Source of the DNA: Vulcanimicrobiota bacterium
GTDB lineage: Bacteria; Vulcanimicrobiota; Xenobia; Xenobiales; JADMJV01
NCBI GenBank assembly: GCA_050250895.1
Contig: JBFWNU010000008.1
Span: forward strand, 32,001-96,000
Reading direction: 5' to 3'
DNA: 64,000 bases
Shown: piece after piece, positions 8,849 to 16,980 of the stretch
Position numbering within the stretch: position 1 is the first letter of the stretch
Layout: each line of letters begins with the position of its first letter
Made by a program: the position numbers and the translations under genes
The notes under the pieces: generated by a model
Database searches by the model: none
What the model was told of the DNA's origin: nothing
What the model saw: the letters and a program-made list of their open reading frames with translations, nothing else

Positions 8849-9521
8849 CTTTAGAGAATCGGCTGCGGAGATAGCCGGCGTTGTGCGGGTAGCCACCCGC
8901 GAACGTGTCGGGCTTGGCCTTCTGGCAGTTCTTGCAGAGAAAATAGAGGGCCGGCCGGTCGTAAGTCGACAGTTTGCCGAATTCCCCGGTGAAGCCGCCC
9001 CAGTCGGCCCGGTAGCGCTGATTCTCCTTATCCAATTGCCACAGCGCCTCGAACGCGACCAGGTCGGTGGCCAGCCCGCAAGAGTCGCAGGTGCTGGGCC
9101 GCGCCACCGTGCCGTGTTGCTCGTATAGCTTTTGACGATGGAACGGCAGGTCCATCACCAAACGGTCGATGAAGGCAAAGGCTCGGTCGGGCTTGGCTCC
9201 ACCTTCGGCAAGTTCGTTTTGCAGGGTGCTGGGAGCTTCTCCGGCCAGGAGTCGCTCGATGGCCTGGGCTTCGAAGCCGTCGAGCAGGGTGGCCAGCTTT
9301 TTACCCTCGTCGACGGGAATCTTCGAGCCACAATAGCGGCAGGCCAAATCGCTCGCTTCGGGAGCTTTGATGAGGCGCAGGCAGCCGGGGCAGCCCAACT
9401 GCACCGGGGCCCCGCTGGTGACAGCTTTCTTGACCATCAGGCGGGCGCCGCACTGGGGGCACCTCGTCTCGCCTTCGTCGACATCAGGTTCAAAACGGTG
9501 GGCGCAAAGGTGGCAACGCAT
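8832..9521 (-). CDS. Multi-zinc-ribbon hypothetical protein
   Basis: Six CxxC pairs in 229 aa, plus CKNC overlap. Confidence 0.65.
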   Translation of the reverse strand: MRCHLCAHRFEPDVDEGETRCPQCGARLMVKKAVTSGAPVQLGCPGCLRLIKAPEASDLACRYCGSKIPVDEGKKLATLLDGFEAQAIERLLAGEAPSTLQNELAEGGAKPDRAFAFIDRLVMDLPFHRQKLYEQHGTVARPSTCDSCGLATDLVAFEALWQLDKENQRYRADWGGFTGEFGKLSTYDRPALYFLCKNCQKAKPDTFAGGYPHNAGYLRSRFSKVKALS

Positions 9522-9621
9522 CGAGACTGGTTTGTTTTCTACTGACCTCTATCCTTCTACGCCAGGGATCCCCTGGCGTCGACAAGAAAGAGGTGCAAAC
9601 GCATAGACAAGGGGTCACATC

Positions 9622-9912
9622 ATGTTAATCGGTATCCTGCTATTTTTCGTCATCATCGGCCTGATTCCGCAGATACCGTTTCCGGCCAAGCTCGGCATCC
9701 AGCTGGTCGCGGCGCTGATTATCTACTTCGGCTTCTCGGACATGCTCTTTGAGGTCGGCGACCAGTTCCTGCGTGGCGGGGTGGCCGTTCCGGGCAAGCT
9801 GAACTTTCTCTCGGTGGGTTTCATCGGGTTCGTGCTCGGTGTGATCTCTTCGGTGGTCGGCATCGGTGTGGCCAAACTCTTTGGTCGTAAGGATGCCGGC
9901 AGGGACGAGTAA
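9622..9912 (+). CDS. Small membrane protein
   Basis: AGGGG RBS; three hydrophobic segments. Confidence 0.65.
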   Translation: MLIGILLFFVIIGLIPQIPFPAKLGIQLVAALIIYFGFSDMLFEVGDQFLRGGVAVPGKLNFLSVGFIGFVLGVISSVVGIGVAKLFGRKDAGRDE

Positions 9913-9938
9913 CCGCCGGCTCGAATCTTTTTTCTAAG

Positions 9939-10166
9939 TTGACTTCTCAAGAGAACCATAACAAGGAGTCGAACGACTCGACCTGGACCTACGTCACCCT
10001 TGGCATCGGCGCGGGCCTCATCTTGACCCTGGCTGCCGGTATGGCTTACCGCTACTGGAGCCACCAACAGCAAGACCGTGATCCCCGGGCCGAGAAGGTG
10101 CAGGAGCTGATCCTCGAGGCCGAGCGTCTGCTGGCCCAGGGCCGCCGGGCGCGTTCTTCTTCCTAA
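9939..10166 (+). CDS. Small single-TM protein
   Basis: One TM followed by an amphipathic helix; co-oriented with surE; TTG start uncertain. Confidence 0.55.
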   Translation: MTSQENHNKESNDSTWTYVTLGIGAGLILTLAAGMAYRYWSHQQQDRDPRAEKVQELILEAERLLAQGRRARSSS

Positions 10167-10174
10167 ATCACCTT

Positions 10175-10921
10175 TTGCGCGTCCTGCTGACCAATGACGA
10201 CGGCGTGCGAGCCCCCGGCTTTGTCGCTTTGCTCGAGGCCTTTCGCGGTCAGGCCGAAGTGATGGCCGTGGCTCCCCAAGAGGAGCAGAGCGCGGTGGCT
10301 CGTTCGATCACGTTTCGCCGGCCACTGCGCCTCGAGCACCAACTCGACGAGCCTGATTGTCAGGTCTATGCCGCCACCGGTACGCCGACGGATTGCGTAC
10401 TGTTGGGCCTTTGCCATCTGATGAAGGACAAGCCCGATGTGGTGGTCTCTGGCATCAATCGCGGGGCCAATCTCGGCGACGATGTGCTCTATTCGGGCAC
10501 GGTGGCGGGAGCCATGGAAGGCTCGATCAACGGCATCCCGTCGCTGGCCGTGTCGCTCGAGCGCAGCCCCCATCCCGATTACAGCCACGCTGCCCGCTTT
10601 GCCCTCGAGCTATCCAAGGAGGTGATTCGGCGCGGCTTGCCTCCCAAAATCCTGCTCAACGTGAACGTGCCTGCTCGGCCCGAAATTCTCGGTCACAAGA
10701 TCACCCGTCAGGGCCACACCCAGTATGCCCAGGAGATCCTCAGCAGGGTGGACCCGCGAGGGCAAGAATACTTCTGGGTCACCGGCGCCCTGCCAACCGG
10801 AGAACCTGAGGAGGGCACGGATTTTGCCGCTTTAGCCCATGGTTATGTCTCGATTTCGCCTCTGAGCATGGACCTGACTGCCGGGGCTTGGATTGGGGAA
10901 CTCAGCACATGGGAGATATGA
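10175..10921 (+). CDS. surE: 5'/3'-nucleotidase SurE
   Basis: LLTNDDG; GTPTDCV; SGINRGANLG; YSGTVAGA. Confidence 0.95.
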   Translation: MRVLLTNDDGVRAPGFVALLEAFRGQAEVMAVAPQEEQSAVARSITFRRPLRLEHQLDEPDCQVYAATGTPTDCVLLGLCHLMKDKPDVVVSGINRGANLGDDVLYSGTVAGAMEGSINGIPSLAVSLERSPHPDYSHAARFALELSKEVIRRGLPPKILLNVNVPARPEILGHKITRQGHTQYAQEILSRVDPRGQEYFWVTGALPTGEPEEGTDFAALAHGYVSISPLSMDLTAGAWIGELSTWEI

Positions 10922-12123
10922 AGACTAAGCAGGGCCTGCCGATGCTTTCGTCGGTATTCGGCCGGGTCGAAGAAGAACTCAAGCGCCGCGAACAGGTGGG
11001 CTTTCTCTACTTTGACGTGATCGAGTTCAACGCGATCACCGAACAATATGGTCGCACCATCGCCCAGGCCTTGCTCGATGCCCTGGCCGAAGTGCTGATG
11101 GGTCAGCGCGGCAAACTGTTTCGCGATGAAGACCTGGTAGCTGTGGGCGGCTCGTCGATGGACTTCTTCGTCATCTTCTTGTTCTCGCCACCCCGGCGCA
11201 AGGAGCATTTCTCGACCACCGATCTCAAGCTCATTTCCAATCGCGTGACTCAGAAGCTCTTTCATATCGTCAACAATCGGGCGGCTGAACTCGAGGTCGA
11301 TCGCAAGATCGACCTGCGCAACGGCTATACGGTCATTCAGAACGAGCCCAACATCCCCGTCGAGCGACTGGTTCAGGAAGCCTGGAAAGAGGCGGCCCTC
11401 AAGTCTCAGATGGAAGAGATCATGGTGACCTTCGTGGCCAACGTCTCGCATGAGCTGCGCACACCGCTGACTTGCATCAAGGGCTACGCCGAGACCCTGC
11501 TGGAAGGGGCCATGGAAGACCCCGAGTTGACCGCTCGCTGGCTGTCGGTCATCTGTACCGAGGCCCGTCGACTCGAGCGTTTGATCAAGGACCTGCTCGA
11601 CATCTCGATGATCGAGGCCAACCAGGTCGAGATGCGCTTTCAACTGCTCGACCTGGGGGCGGTGGTGCGTCATGCCGTCACCGTGCTGAGCCCCCACGCT
11701 CGCGAGGCCAAGATCGAACTGCTCGAAGAGATTCCCGATGAGCGCCCGGATTGGCGGGCCGATGAGGACCGCCTCAGTCAGGTGATCGTCAACCTGGTCG
11801 ACAACGGCATCAAATACTCCAACCCCGGCTCGCGGGTCCAGGTGCGCTTGCGCTATGAGGCCGACGCCGCCTATATCGAAGTCGAAGACAACGGGACCGG
11901 CATTCCCGACCAGGAACTGCCGCGGATCTTCGAGCGCTTCTATCGGGTCGAGAAGGGCAGCGGGGCGCGTTTTGGTGGACGTGGCCTGGGGCTCTCCATC
12001 GCCAAGCATCTCATCGAGGCCCACGGGGGCGACCTTACCGCCGAGAGTGAATTCGGCAAAGGCAGCAAGTTCTGTATCTTCCTTCCTCGCGATGACGAGT
12101 GGACCGAGGATGATGACGACTGA
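10918..12123 (+). CDS. Cytoplasmic sensor histidine kinase with a degenerate GGDEF-like N-terminus
   Basis: ATGA overlap with surE; H-box SHELRTPL; N-box NLVDNGIKY; DNGTGI; GRGLGL; no TM. Confidence 0.9.
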   Translation: MKTKQGLPMLSSVFGRVEEELKRREQVGFLYFDVIEFNAITEQYGRTIAQALLDALAEVLMGQRGKLFRDEDLVAVGGSSMDFFVIFLFSPPRRKEHFSTTDLKLISNRVTQKLFHIVNNRAAELEVDRKIDLRNGYTVIQNEPNIPVERLVQEAWKEAALKSQMEEIMVTFVANVSHELRTPLTCIKGYAETLLEGAMEDPELTARWLSVICTEARRLERLIKDLLDISMIEANQVEMRFQLLDLGAVVRHAVTVLSPHAREAKIELLEEIPDERPDWRADEDRLSQVIVNLVDNGIKYSNPGSRVQVRLRYEADAAYIEVEDNGTGIPDQELPRIFERFYRVEKGSGARFGGRGLGLSIAKHLIEAHGGDLTAESEFGKGSKFCIFLPRDDEWTEDDDD

Positions 12124-12868
12124 GTTGCCCGTTTATCGGGCTCTGGGGGTGAAGTTTCATCCCGTCAGCATGGAAGACGCCGTGGCCCGAATCGCGAACT
12201 ACATCGCGACTGGTGGCTTTCACCTGGTGGTCACCCTGGGGACCGAAATGGTCATGCGCGCCCTGGAAGACCACGGTTTTTATGAGACGGTCGAGCGGGC
12301 CGAACTGGTGGTGCCAGACGGGATCGGTCTGGTGCTGGCTTCGCGCTACTGCGGGCTGGCCGCACCCGAGCGGGTGGCCGGCATCGATCTGGTGACTCGT
12401 CTGTTTAGCGAGTTGCCCGACACCACCCGCTATTTTCTGTTGGGAGCAGCCCCCGGCGTGGCGGCGGCTGCCGCCGAAGAGTTGCGGACGCGCTATCCGA
12501 CCGCTCAGATCGTAGGCGTACAAGACGGCTATTTCGAAGACGAAGACGCGGTCCTGGCGGCGATCGAAGAGGCCGACCCTGACGTGCTCCTGGTGGGCAT
12601 GGGATCGCCTCGCCAGGAGATCTGGCTGGAGCAGCATCGGGAACGCCTCAACGTCCGCATCGGCATCGGGGTGGGGGGCAGCTTCGATGTGCTGTCGGGG
12701 CAACTCGAGCGTGCTCCGCGGTGGGTTATCCGCCTCCATTCCGAATGGCTCTATCGGCTCTTGCGCCAGCCTTCGCGCTGGCTAAGGATGATGGCGTTGC
12801 CCCGCTTTGTGGGCCGGGTCATGGTTTCACGAGGTCGGGCCGTGGTGGTGGAGAAGGAAACGACATGA
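12110..12868 (+). CDS. WecB/TagA/CpsF family glycosyltransferase
   Basis: VPDGIG; RVAGID; GMGSPRQE; GVGGSFD; EWLYRL. Confidence 0.92.
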   Translation: MMTTELPVYRALGVKFHPVSMEDAVARIANYIATGGFHLVVTLGTEMVMRALEDHGFYETVERAELVVPDGIGLVLASRYCGLAAPERVAGIDLVTRLFSELPDTTRYFLLGAAPGVAAAAAEELRTRYPTAQIVGVQDGYFEDEDAVLAAIEEADPDVLLVGMGSPRQEIWLEQHRERLNVRIGIGVGGSFDVLSGQLERAPRWVIRLHSEWLYRLLRQPSRWLRMMALPRFVGRVMVSRGRAVVVEKETT

Positions 12869-13929
12869 AGGCCATGATCCTGGCGGCCGGCGGAGCCAGC
12901 CGCCTCTATCCTTTGACCTACACCCTGCCGATGGTGATGGTGCCGGTGGTCAACGTCCCGGTGGTGGAGCATCTGATCTGTCTGCTCAAGCAGCATGGCT
13001 TTGACGAGATCATGGTGAACCTCCATTATCTCCATCGCGTCATCACGGACCATCTGGGTGACGGGTCTCGCTGGGGTGTCAAGCTGTCGTATTCGCACGA
13101 AGAAGAGCTGAGCGGCACGGCCGGGGGAGTCAAGCGAGTGGCCGACTTCTTTGACGACACCTTTCTCGTCATCGGCGGCGACGACCTGACCGACCTCGAC
13201 CTCAGTGCTTTTCTCACCTATCATCGTCAACGCCAGTCCCAGGCCACCCTGGCCGCCTATCCCATCAGTCAGTCCGACAATCTCGGGGTGCTGGCGCTCG
13301 ATGACCAGGGTCGGGTGACCCAGTTCCACGAGAAGCCGCGCCAGGTACCCGAGAGCTGCCATTGGGTCAACTCGGGAATCTATCTATTCGAGCCCTCCAT
13401 CTTCGAGTTGATTCCCGATGTGCGCCCTTTCGACTTCGGCAAGCACCTGTTTCCCACTCTGGTTACCAACACCGAGGTGGCCTTCTATGGCTACCCCATC
13501 GAAGCCGGCTACTGGTGTGATATCGAGGATCCCATCGCCTATCGAAGAGCTCACTGGGATGTGCTCGAAGGCTTGACCGACATCACGATTCCCGGTCGTG
13601 AAGTGCAGCCCCAGGTGTGGCTGGCTGACGGGTGCCAGGTGAGCTCACAGGCCATTCTGGTGCCCCCGGTGGTGATCGGCGAAGGGACCGAAGTCCGGGC
13701 CGGGGCCCGCATCGAGGGACCGGCGGTGCTGGGACCTCAGGTGGTGGTCGAAGAGGGAGCCAGGGTGCGCAGTAGCGTCATCTGGGATCACACCCGGCTG
13801 GGAGCCGGCTGTCTGGTCGAAGACTCGTTGGTGGGCTCCTCGTGCCTGCTCGAGGCCAATAGACAGTATCGCAACATCTTGATGCCCAGCGGGGCTCAGC
13901 CCAGCCGGCGCAAGGTCTCACAAGACTGA
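12865..13929 (+). CDS. Mannose-1-phosphate guanylyltransferase-like NTP transferase with a left-handed beta-helix
   Basis: MKAMILAAG..RLYPLT; GTAGGVK; DFGKHLFP; C-terminal hexapeptide repeats. Confidence 0.85.
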   Translation: MKAMILAAGGASRLYPLTYTLPMVMVPVVNVPVVEHLICLLKQHGFDEIMVNLHYLHRVITDHLGDGSRWGVKLSYSHEEELSGTAGGVKRVADFFDDTFLVIGGDDLTDLDLSAFLTYHRQRQSQATLAAYPISQSDNLGVLALDDQGRVTQFHEKPRQVPESCHWVNSGIYLFEPSIFELIPDVRPFDFGKHLFPTLVTNTEVAFYGYPIEAGYWCDIEDPIAYRRAHWDVLEGLTDITIPGREVQPQVWLADGCQVSSQAILVPPVVIGEGTEVRAGARIEGPAVLGPQVVVEEGARVRSSVIWDHTRLGAGCLVEDSLVGSSCLLEANRQYRNILMPSGAQPSRRKVSQD

Positions 13930-14519
13930 TTTTCGAGTGGCTCTTTCCGGCTCGCTGCCCAGGCTGCGGAGCGATCGGTAGCTCGTTTTGTCAGGCGTGT
14001 CAGGGCAGTTTCTCTCCCGGCTCGATCCGGTTGGGCCAGTTGAGGGTGCGCTCGCTGGGATTTTATCAGGGGCCTCTCAAGAAAGCCGTGTTGGGCCTAA
14101 AGAGCGCCGGGCAACGCTCGTTGTTGCCGGCGCTGGCCGAGGCTCTAGCCGAACTGATCGAGGGGCCGTGGGTGCTGGTGGGCGTGCCGGCGGTGGCTTC
14201 TCGCAAACGGTATCGGGGCTTTGAGCCGGCGGTGGAGCTGGCCCGGGCCGTGGCCAGGGCGACCGGCCTCGAGCATCGCCAGAGTCTGGTTTGCGTCGTC
14301 GAACCCGGCGAGCAGAAGTTCCTTTCGGCCCAGCAGCGCGAAGCGAATCTGTCCGGGGTGTTTCAGGCTGTGGGCGCGGTTCCTGAGCGGGTTCTGTTGG
14401 TGGATGACGTGGTCACCACGGGGGCTACCCTCAAGGCCTGCGCCCAGGCCCTGGGTCAGGTCGCCGTCCTCGAAGGTCTTTGTCTGGCGCGCGTGCCCAG
14501 ACGCTCACCCGAGGCTTGA
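13926..14519 (+). CDS. comF: ComF family protein (zinc ribbon plus phosphoribosyltransferase domain)
   Basis: LFPARCPGC..FCQAC; RGF; QREANL; LLVDDVVTTGATL. Start inferred at CTG 13926. Confidence 0.8.
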   Translation: MIFEWLFPARCPGCGAIGSSFCQACQGSFSPGSIRLGQLRVRSLGFYQGPLKKAVLGLKSAGQRSLLPALAEALAELIEGPWVLVGVPAVASRKRYRGFEPAVELARAVARATGLEHRQSLVCVVEPGEQKFLSAQQREANLSGVFQAVGAVPERVLLVDDVVTTGATLKACAQALGQVAVLEGLCLARVPRRSPEA

Positions 14520-15449
14520 AAAGAAGGCGAACAGCCTGGTCTCGAGCCAATCCCAGCGCCCGCTGGGCACAAATCCGAGATGGCCGCCGTGGGGGGGAAA
14601 TTCGGTGCTCACCCAGGCAGTCGGGTCGGGCAGCAGGCTCGGGTCGAGAAACGGATCGTCGGCTGCATTGAGCAGCAGGGTGGGGCGACGGATTCTGTCG
14701 AGAAAGGCGAGGGAGCTGCAGTCGGCCCAATACGCCTGGGCGCTGGCGTAGCCGTGGACCGGAGCGGTGACCCACTCGTCGAACTGCCAGAAGCTGTGAA
14801 TCTGTTCCAGTCGAGCAGGGTCGATGCGTCCGGGATGGCGGGCGTCGAAGGCTCGAGCCAGTTGCTTGAGTCGATAAATGAGGGCCCGGCGATAGAATTG
14901 GCTCATCGGGTGCGCCTCGAGACGGTCGGCACAGGCTGCCAGCGAAAGCGGGCTGCACACGGCGCATGCGCCCATCACCGCCTCGGGCAACTCAGAGCCC
15001 CGCTCGCCCAGCCACTTGAGCAAGATATTGGCTCCCAGCGAGAAGCCTGCCAAGCCTAGGGGAGGGCCAGGCAATAGCTGCTGAACCACCGCCTCGAGGT
15101 CGTCCGAACAGCCGGCGTGGTAGAGGCGGGGCACCCCCGTCAGGCACCCATCGGCGCCCCGCAGATTGAGGGCCATGGCCAGCCAGCCGCGGCGGCCAAA
15201 ATAGGCTAGAAAACGGCGGATCAGGGGGGCTCGCGAGGAGCCTGTGAGCCCGTGCAACAGCAACAGCCTGCGTCCGGCCCGGGGGGGGCCGTAGGCCTCC
15301 AAGCGCAGCTGATCGCCGTGGGCGGAGCCCACTTGACCGACCCGAGTGACGATGCGCGGGCCGGGCCAAAAGGCCCCCACCAGGGTTTGGGCATGGGGGT
15401 TGGAGAGGCCGGGAAAAGGCTTAAAGGGCGCGCAGGCGATGTTGCCCAT
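14505..15449 (-). CDS. YheT-family alpha/beta hydrolase
   Basis: NPHAQT; HGLTGS; YHAG; GFSLGAN; AADDPF; GGHLGF. Confidence 0.9.
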   Translation of the reverse strand: MGNIACAPFKPFPGLSNPHAQTLVGAFWPGPRIVTRVGQVGSAHGDQLRLEAYGPPRAGRRLLLLHGLTGSSRAPLIRRFLAYFGRRGWLAMALNLRGADGCLTGVPRLYHAGCSDDLEAVVQQLLPGPPLGLAGFSLGANILLKWLGERGSELPEAVMGACAVCSPLSLAACADRLEAHPMSQFYRRALIYRLKQLARAFDARHPGRIDPARLEQIHSFWQFDEWVTAPVHGYASAQAYWADCSSLAFLDRIRRPTLLLNAADDPFLDPSLLPDPTAWVSTEFPPHGGHLGFVPSGRWDWLETRLFAFFSSLG

Positions 15450-16164
15450 GAACTTCTAGTTCACCCGAGCGCAGCCGGTTGAGGAACTGCATCAGGCAGT
15501 CGAAGACCTCTTCGCGCTCGACATCGCGCATCATCTCGTGATGACTGCGATGAAACCAGTGCACTTCTTTATGCTCGCTGGCGAGGCCCGCGGCGATCAC
15601 GTCGATCGCCTGCTCCGAGACGACCGGATCCTGGCTGGCTGCGATCAAGCAGGCTGGAGCCTGGATATAGCCGAGCAGGGGTTCGACCACCGCCTGATAA
15701 CTCTCGAGGCTGGCCAGCGTTTCGATGGGGAAATAGGAGTAGTTGTTGGCCAGAGCGGCCAACTCGGGATCGGCATAGTCGGGATCGCCCGACCAGTAAG
15801 TCATCAGGCGCTTGAGCACCGGCATCAGCTTAAACAAAGGAGAGCGAAAGCGCATGCAGGCGGCCACGGTGGCCACGCCGCTGACCCTGGTGGGGTGCTC
15901 GGCGGCCAGGTTGAGGGCCACCAGTCCACCCATCGACAGGCCGACGACGGCGGCTGAGTGTCCTTCGCGAGTCAGGTCCAACAAGGCCTGTCGGGCGTCT
16001 TCAAGCCAGTCTCGCCAGGTGACCCCCAACAGGTCCTCGGGTCTGGTGCAGTGGCCTCGAAGCACCGGCACGCTATACTCGAAATTCTGCTTTTGCAAAC
16101 GAGGCACCAGGCCGGTGACGGTTTCCAGGCTCGAGGTGAACCCGTGCAGCAGCAGCACCCTCAC
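15421..16164 (-). CDS. Carboxylesterase (alpha/beta hydrolase)
   Basis: GTGA overlap with upstream stop; LLLHGFT; GLSMGG; DPVV; SHH. Confidence 0.85.
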   Translation of the reverse strand: MRVLLLHGFTSSLETVTGLVPRLQKQNFEYSVPVLRGHCTRPEDLLGVTWRDWLEDARQALLDLTREGHSAAVVGLSMGGLVALNLAAEHPTRVSGVATVAACMRFRSPLFKLMPVLKRLMTYWSGDPDYADPELAALANNYSYFPIETLASLESYQAVVEPLLGYIQAPACLIAASQDPVVSEQAIDVIAAGLASEHKEVHWFHRSHHEMMRDVEREEVFDCLMQFLNRLRSGELEVHGQHRLRAL

Positions 16165-16847
16165 TCTTCGCTGCCAGCTTCCTCGCCGATCGGGTTCTGG
16201 ATCATCTCGGCCTTGTATTCTTCCTCGACCGCGTCTTTCGCCTCGGGCTTCCAACCGAGCACTCCCAGCAACTTGTTGCGGATCTGCTGGTTGGAGAGAA
16301 GCTTGCGCGCCACCGAGTCGCCCTTGATGATGATCCATTCCAGCGCGGAAGTCGGTTGACGCTCGCCGCTCTCGCGTCGTTCTTTGTGTAAGATCACCAT
16401 TTCATCCCAGACGGCGTCGGCATCTTGCTTGTAGCGGCGGGCCCGCTTGCAAAGCCCTTTGACCACACGACTGTCGCAGAAGTCGACCTTGGCTTCGGTC
16501 AGATACAAGGCCCGGTTGCCCAACTCGACAATGTGCTCGCCCAGCGAGCGGCGATAGGCCTGTAGGTTGTAGCGGACGAATTGCTGCGAAAGAAAGCCGG
16601 TGACCTTGTTCTTCTTGGCCACCTCGGAAAGGTTCGACTCGAGTTCCTTCTCGTGGGTCTTGCCTTGCTCGAACATCTCGTCCATCGCTCGGCAGCCATC
16701 GAGAAGCCCCTCGTCAAAGATGCGGTTCTTCTTATAGACCGTGTAGATCTCGTGGGCTACCTTGACCAACACTTCTTCATGAAGCGCGGTCAGGGCGATC
16801 CAGCGGTGAAGGAGACGAAGCTCAGCTCGCTTATAGTTCTTGCTCAA
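16161..16847 (-). CDS. Hypothetical helical protein
   Basis: 228-aa ORF with protein-like composition, coupled to the downstream esterase. Confidence 0.65.
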   Translation of the reverse strand: MSKNYKRAELRLLHRWIALTALHEEVLVKVAHEIYTVYKKNRIFDEGLLDGCRAMDEMFEQGKTHEKELESNLSEVAKKNKVTGFLSQQFVRYNLQAYRRSLGEHIVELGNRALYLTEAKVDFCDSRVVKGLCKRARRYKQDADAVWDEMVILHKERRESGERQPTSALEWIIIKGDSVARKLLSNQQIRNKLLGVLGWKPEAKDAVEEEYKAEMIQNPIGEEAGSEE

Positions 16848-16980
16848 GGCGCTAAGTAGACCATCCTCGCTAGTTCGGTGTTCGCCAAACCCCGGCTCGG
16901 TGCCCTGCCGACTGCGGTGGTTTCTATACGTTCGGCGAAAGAGGAGGACGAGCGTCAGGCCTCAAAAACCGAATGATAAG

